Part shown: one piece after another, positions 62,730-64,000 of the stretch
Numbering within the stretch: the first letter of the stretch is position 1
Layout: every line of letters begins with the position of its first letter
Source: an uncultured Anaerolineales bacterium
Lineage (GTDB): Bacteria > Planctomycetota > Phycisphaerae > FEN-1346
DNA: 64,000 bases
Assembly (NCBI GenBank): GCA_964461715.1
Contig: CAYWVR010000006.1
Location: 55,923-119,922 of the forward strand
Reading direction: 5' to 3'
Notes under the pieces: generated by a model
Database searches by the model: none
Told to the model about the DNA's origin: nothing
Seen by the model: the letters and a program-made list of their open reading frames with translations, nothing else
Translations under genes and position numbers: made by a program

Positions 62730-64000
62730 ATGGCAGCCGACCTGACACAATCGTTCTGGGGCAAGCACATCGAGAAGGTCGTCCTCGGGGTCGGCATCGT
62801 CGTCCTCGCCGCCTCCGCCGCCTTCTTCGTGGTCATGCGCCGTCCCCCCAAGGTCCGCACCGACACGATCACGTCGATCGTCGAGGATATCGACGGGAGC
62901 GTTGAGGACGTGGACCTCAACGATATCCTCAGCCCCGCCGAGCGCGAGGCCCTCGGCCTCGGCGAGCCCCTCCTGACCGTCGGCCAGTTCCAGCAGCAAC
63001 TCGCCGCTCTCCCGGAGGATTGGCCCGAGAATCGCGATTTCGTCGACGGCCTGCCCAAGAAGGTGGTCACCGGGGTCATCGTCGAGGCCTACGCCTCCCT
63101 GCCCGAGGCGATCGTGCCCGTCACGCACCTCCAGACGGTCCAGGGGCGAGGCGTGACGACGGGGCCCGTGCCGGGGGCCCTGGCCCGTACGGCCGGCATG
63201 TCCGACATCGCCTGGATCTCCACCGCCGGCCGTGTCGACCTGACGAAGCAACGCGACCTCAATGCCGCCGGCGAAAGCCAGACCGCCGGCACGATCCTCG
63301 TCACCAGCGTGGACCTCCAGCGGCGGATGCTCGACCCCGAGGGCAACTGGACCGAGTGGAAGGCCGTGGCCTCGACGGCCGCGGGCGCGGCCGCCGCCGA
63401 AGTCCCGCCCCCCCCCTCGGACCCCCGCGACATCCGGGCCGCCTACGAGTGGTGGACCGCCCTGAAGAAGCATCAGGCCGGGCTCCGCCGGCCCGGCATG
63501 CTGCCGCTCGAGGCGGTCGACCCGAACGGGAAGCTGGTCTACGAGGTTGTCGCCTCTTCGCCGTCGGCCGTCCAGCCCGGCGAGAAACGCCGCGAGCTCC
63601 GGACCGAGCCCGCCAGGGCGGCTGCCGGGGCCGGTCCGGTCGCCCCGCCCGCGCCGACGGAGGTATCCCCGCCGCCTGGCGTGCCCGCGTGGGCGGCTGA
63701 GGTCCGGGCCCCACGGACGCCCGCCGGCGAGGAGCCGCCCTTCCGGCCCGAGCCCCGAGAAGAGCACGTCTACGCCAACGTCTGGGCCCACGACACCACC
63801 GTCCGACCGGGACGCACGTATCAGTACCGCATGCGCGTCACCGTGTTCAATCCCGTCTACGGCCAAGAGGATCCGCCGGTACGCCCGTCCGAGGACCGCT
63901 GGAAGCTGACCCTCGCCGGGCCCTGGTCCGAGCCTACCGAGGCGGTCACCGTCCCGCCGCTCGTGGAGTTCTACTTCGTCGGCACCTTCGGTGACCGCGT
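62730..64000 (+). CDS. Bitopic membrane protein of unknown function, 3'-partial (runs off the window)
   Basis: This ORF is not in the track because it has no stop. I translated it by hand from the ATG at 62730, which has a GAGGAG ribosome-binding site, to the window end and found no stop. Third codon positions are GC-rich. The N-terminal TM is VVLGVGIVVLAASAAFFVV. The track ORF 62724..63866(-) is its antisense shadow. Confidence 0.6.
   Translation, partial: MAADLTQSFWGKHIEKVVLGVGIVVLAASAAFFVVMRRPPKVRTDTITSIVEDIDGSVEDVDLNDILSPAEREALGLGEPLLTVGQFQQQLAALPEDWPENRDFVDGLPKKVVTGVIVEAYASLPEAIVPVTHLQTVQGRGVTTGPVPGALARTAGMSDIAWISTAGRVDLTKQRDLNAAGESQTAGTILVTSVDLQRRMLDPEGNWTEWKAVASTAAGAAAAEVPPPPSDPRDIRAAYEWWTALKKHQAGLRRPGMLPLEAVDPNGKLVYEVVASSPSAVQPGEKRRELRTEPARAAAGAGPVAPPAPTEVSPPPGVPAWAAEVRAPRTPAGEEPPFRPEPREEHVYANVWAHDTTVRPGRTYQYRMRVTVFNPVYGQEDPPVRPSEDRWKLTLAGPWSEPTEAVTVPPLVEFYFVGTFGDR

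Noticed and set aside
1-64000. A search for transposases, integrases, phage genes, restriction-modification, toxin-antitoxin or other known defence modules.
   Set aside because: No ORF with normal composition showed DDE or tyrosine-recombinase, methyltransferase, nuclease or toxin motifs. No terminal inverted repeats or tRNA-flanked boundaries were seen.

Overview
Very GC-rich bacterial chromosomal segment (GC judged by eye, not computed). I can support about 47 protein-coding genes. I found no rRNA, tRNA, CRISPR array or recognisable mobile element. The gene content suggests a Planctomycetota/PVC-type organism, but that is inference only: two PEP-CTERM proteins, a MoxR/DUF58/BatA-VWA cluster, many very large secreted beta-propeller and beta-sandwich proteins, Amidase_2 lipoproteins and a PilM-PilN fusion. 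Layout: (i) 20-16130 is one co-directional, translationally coupled string joining a Bat/MoxR-VWA module to an ABC-2 exporter, with two paralogous 12-TM permeases and a collapsed third copy. (ii) 16199-17386 is a PEP-CTERM beta-helix protein. (iii) 18044-29936 is a secreted-protein cluster built around exbB-exbD. Four of its proteins, 18044, 22332, 23683 and 25713, are linked by two kinds of shared module (a beta-sandwich-like module and a shared C-terminal domain). (iv) 30-40 kb holds housekeeping and miscellaneous genes (yggS, glnA, PEBP, mgtC, lemA-htpX). (v) 40.7-46.2 kb has two paralogous Amidase_2 (PGRP-type) lipoproteins flanking a clan GH-A-like glycosidase. (vi) Next come dtd, a CBM48 protein and a second PEP-CTERM protein with papain-like Cys/His motifs behind a 638-nt intergenic region. 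(vii) The window ends with tsaB, trm112, a metallophosphoesterase, yidC and mnmE, then a PilM-PilN fusion and two unknown bitopic proteins running off the window. Several consensus-like sigma70 promoters (TTGACA-type -35, TATAAT-type -10) and strong hairpins are visible in intergenic regions. Most long antisense and fused ORFs in the six-frame track are high-GC artefacts. All family calls come from motif recognition by eye. No database search was run.
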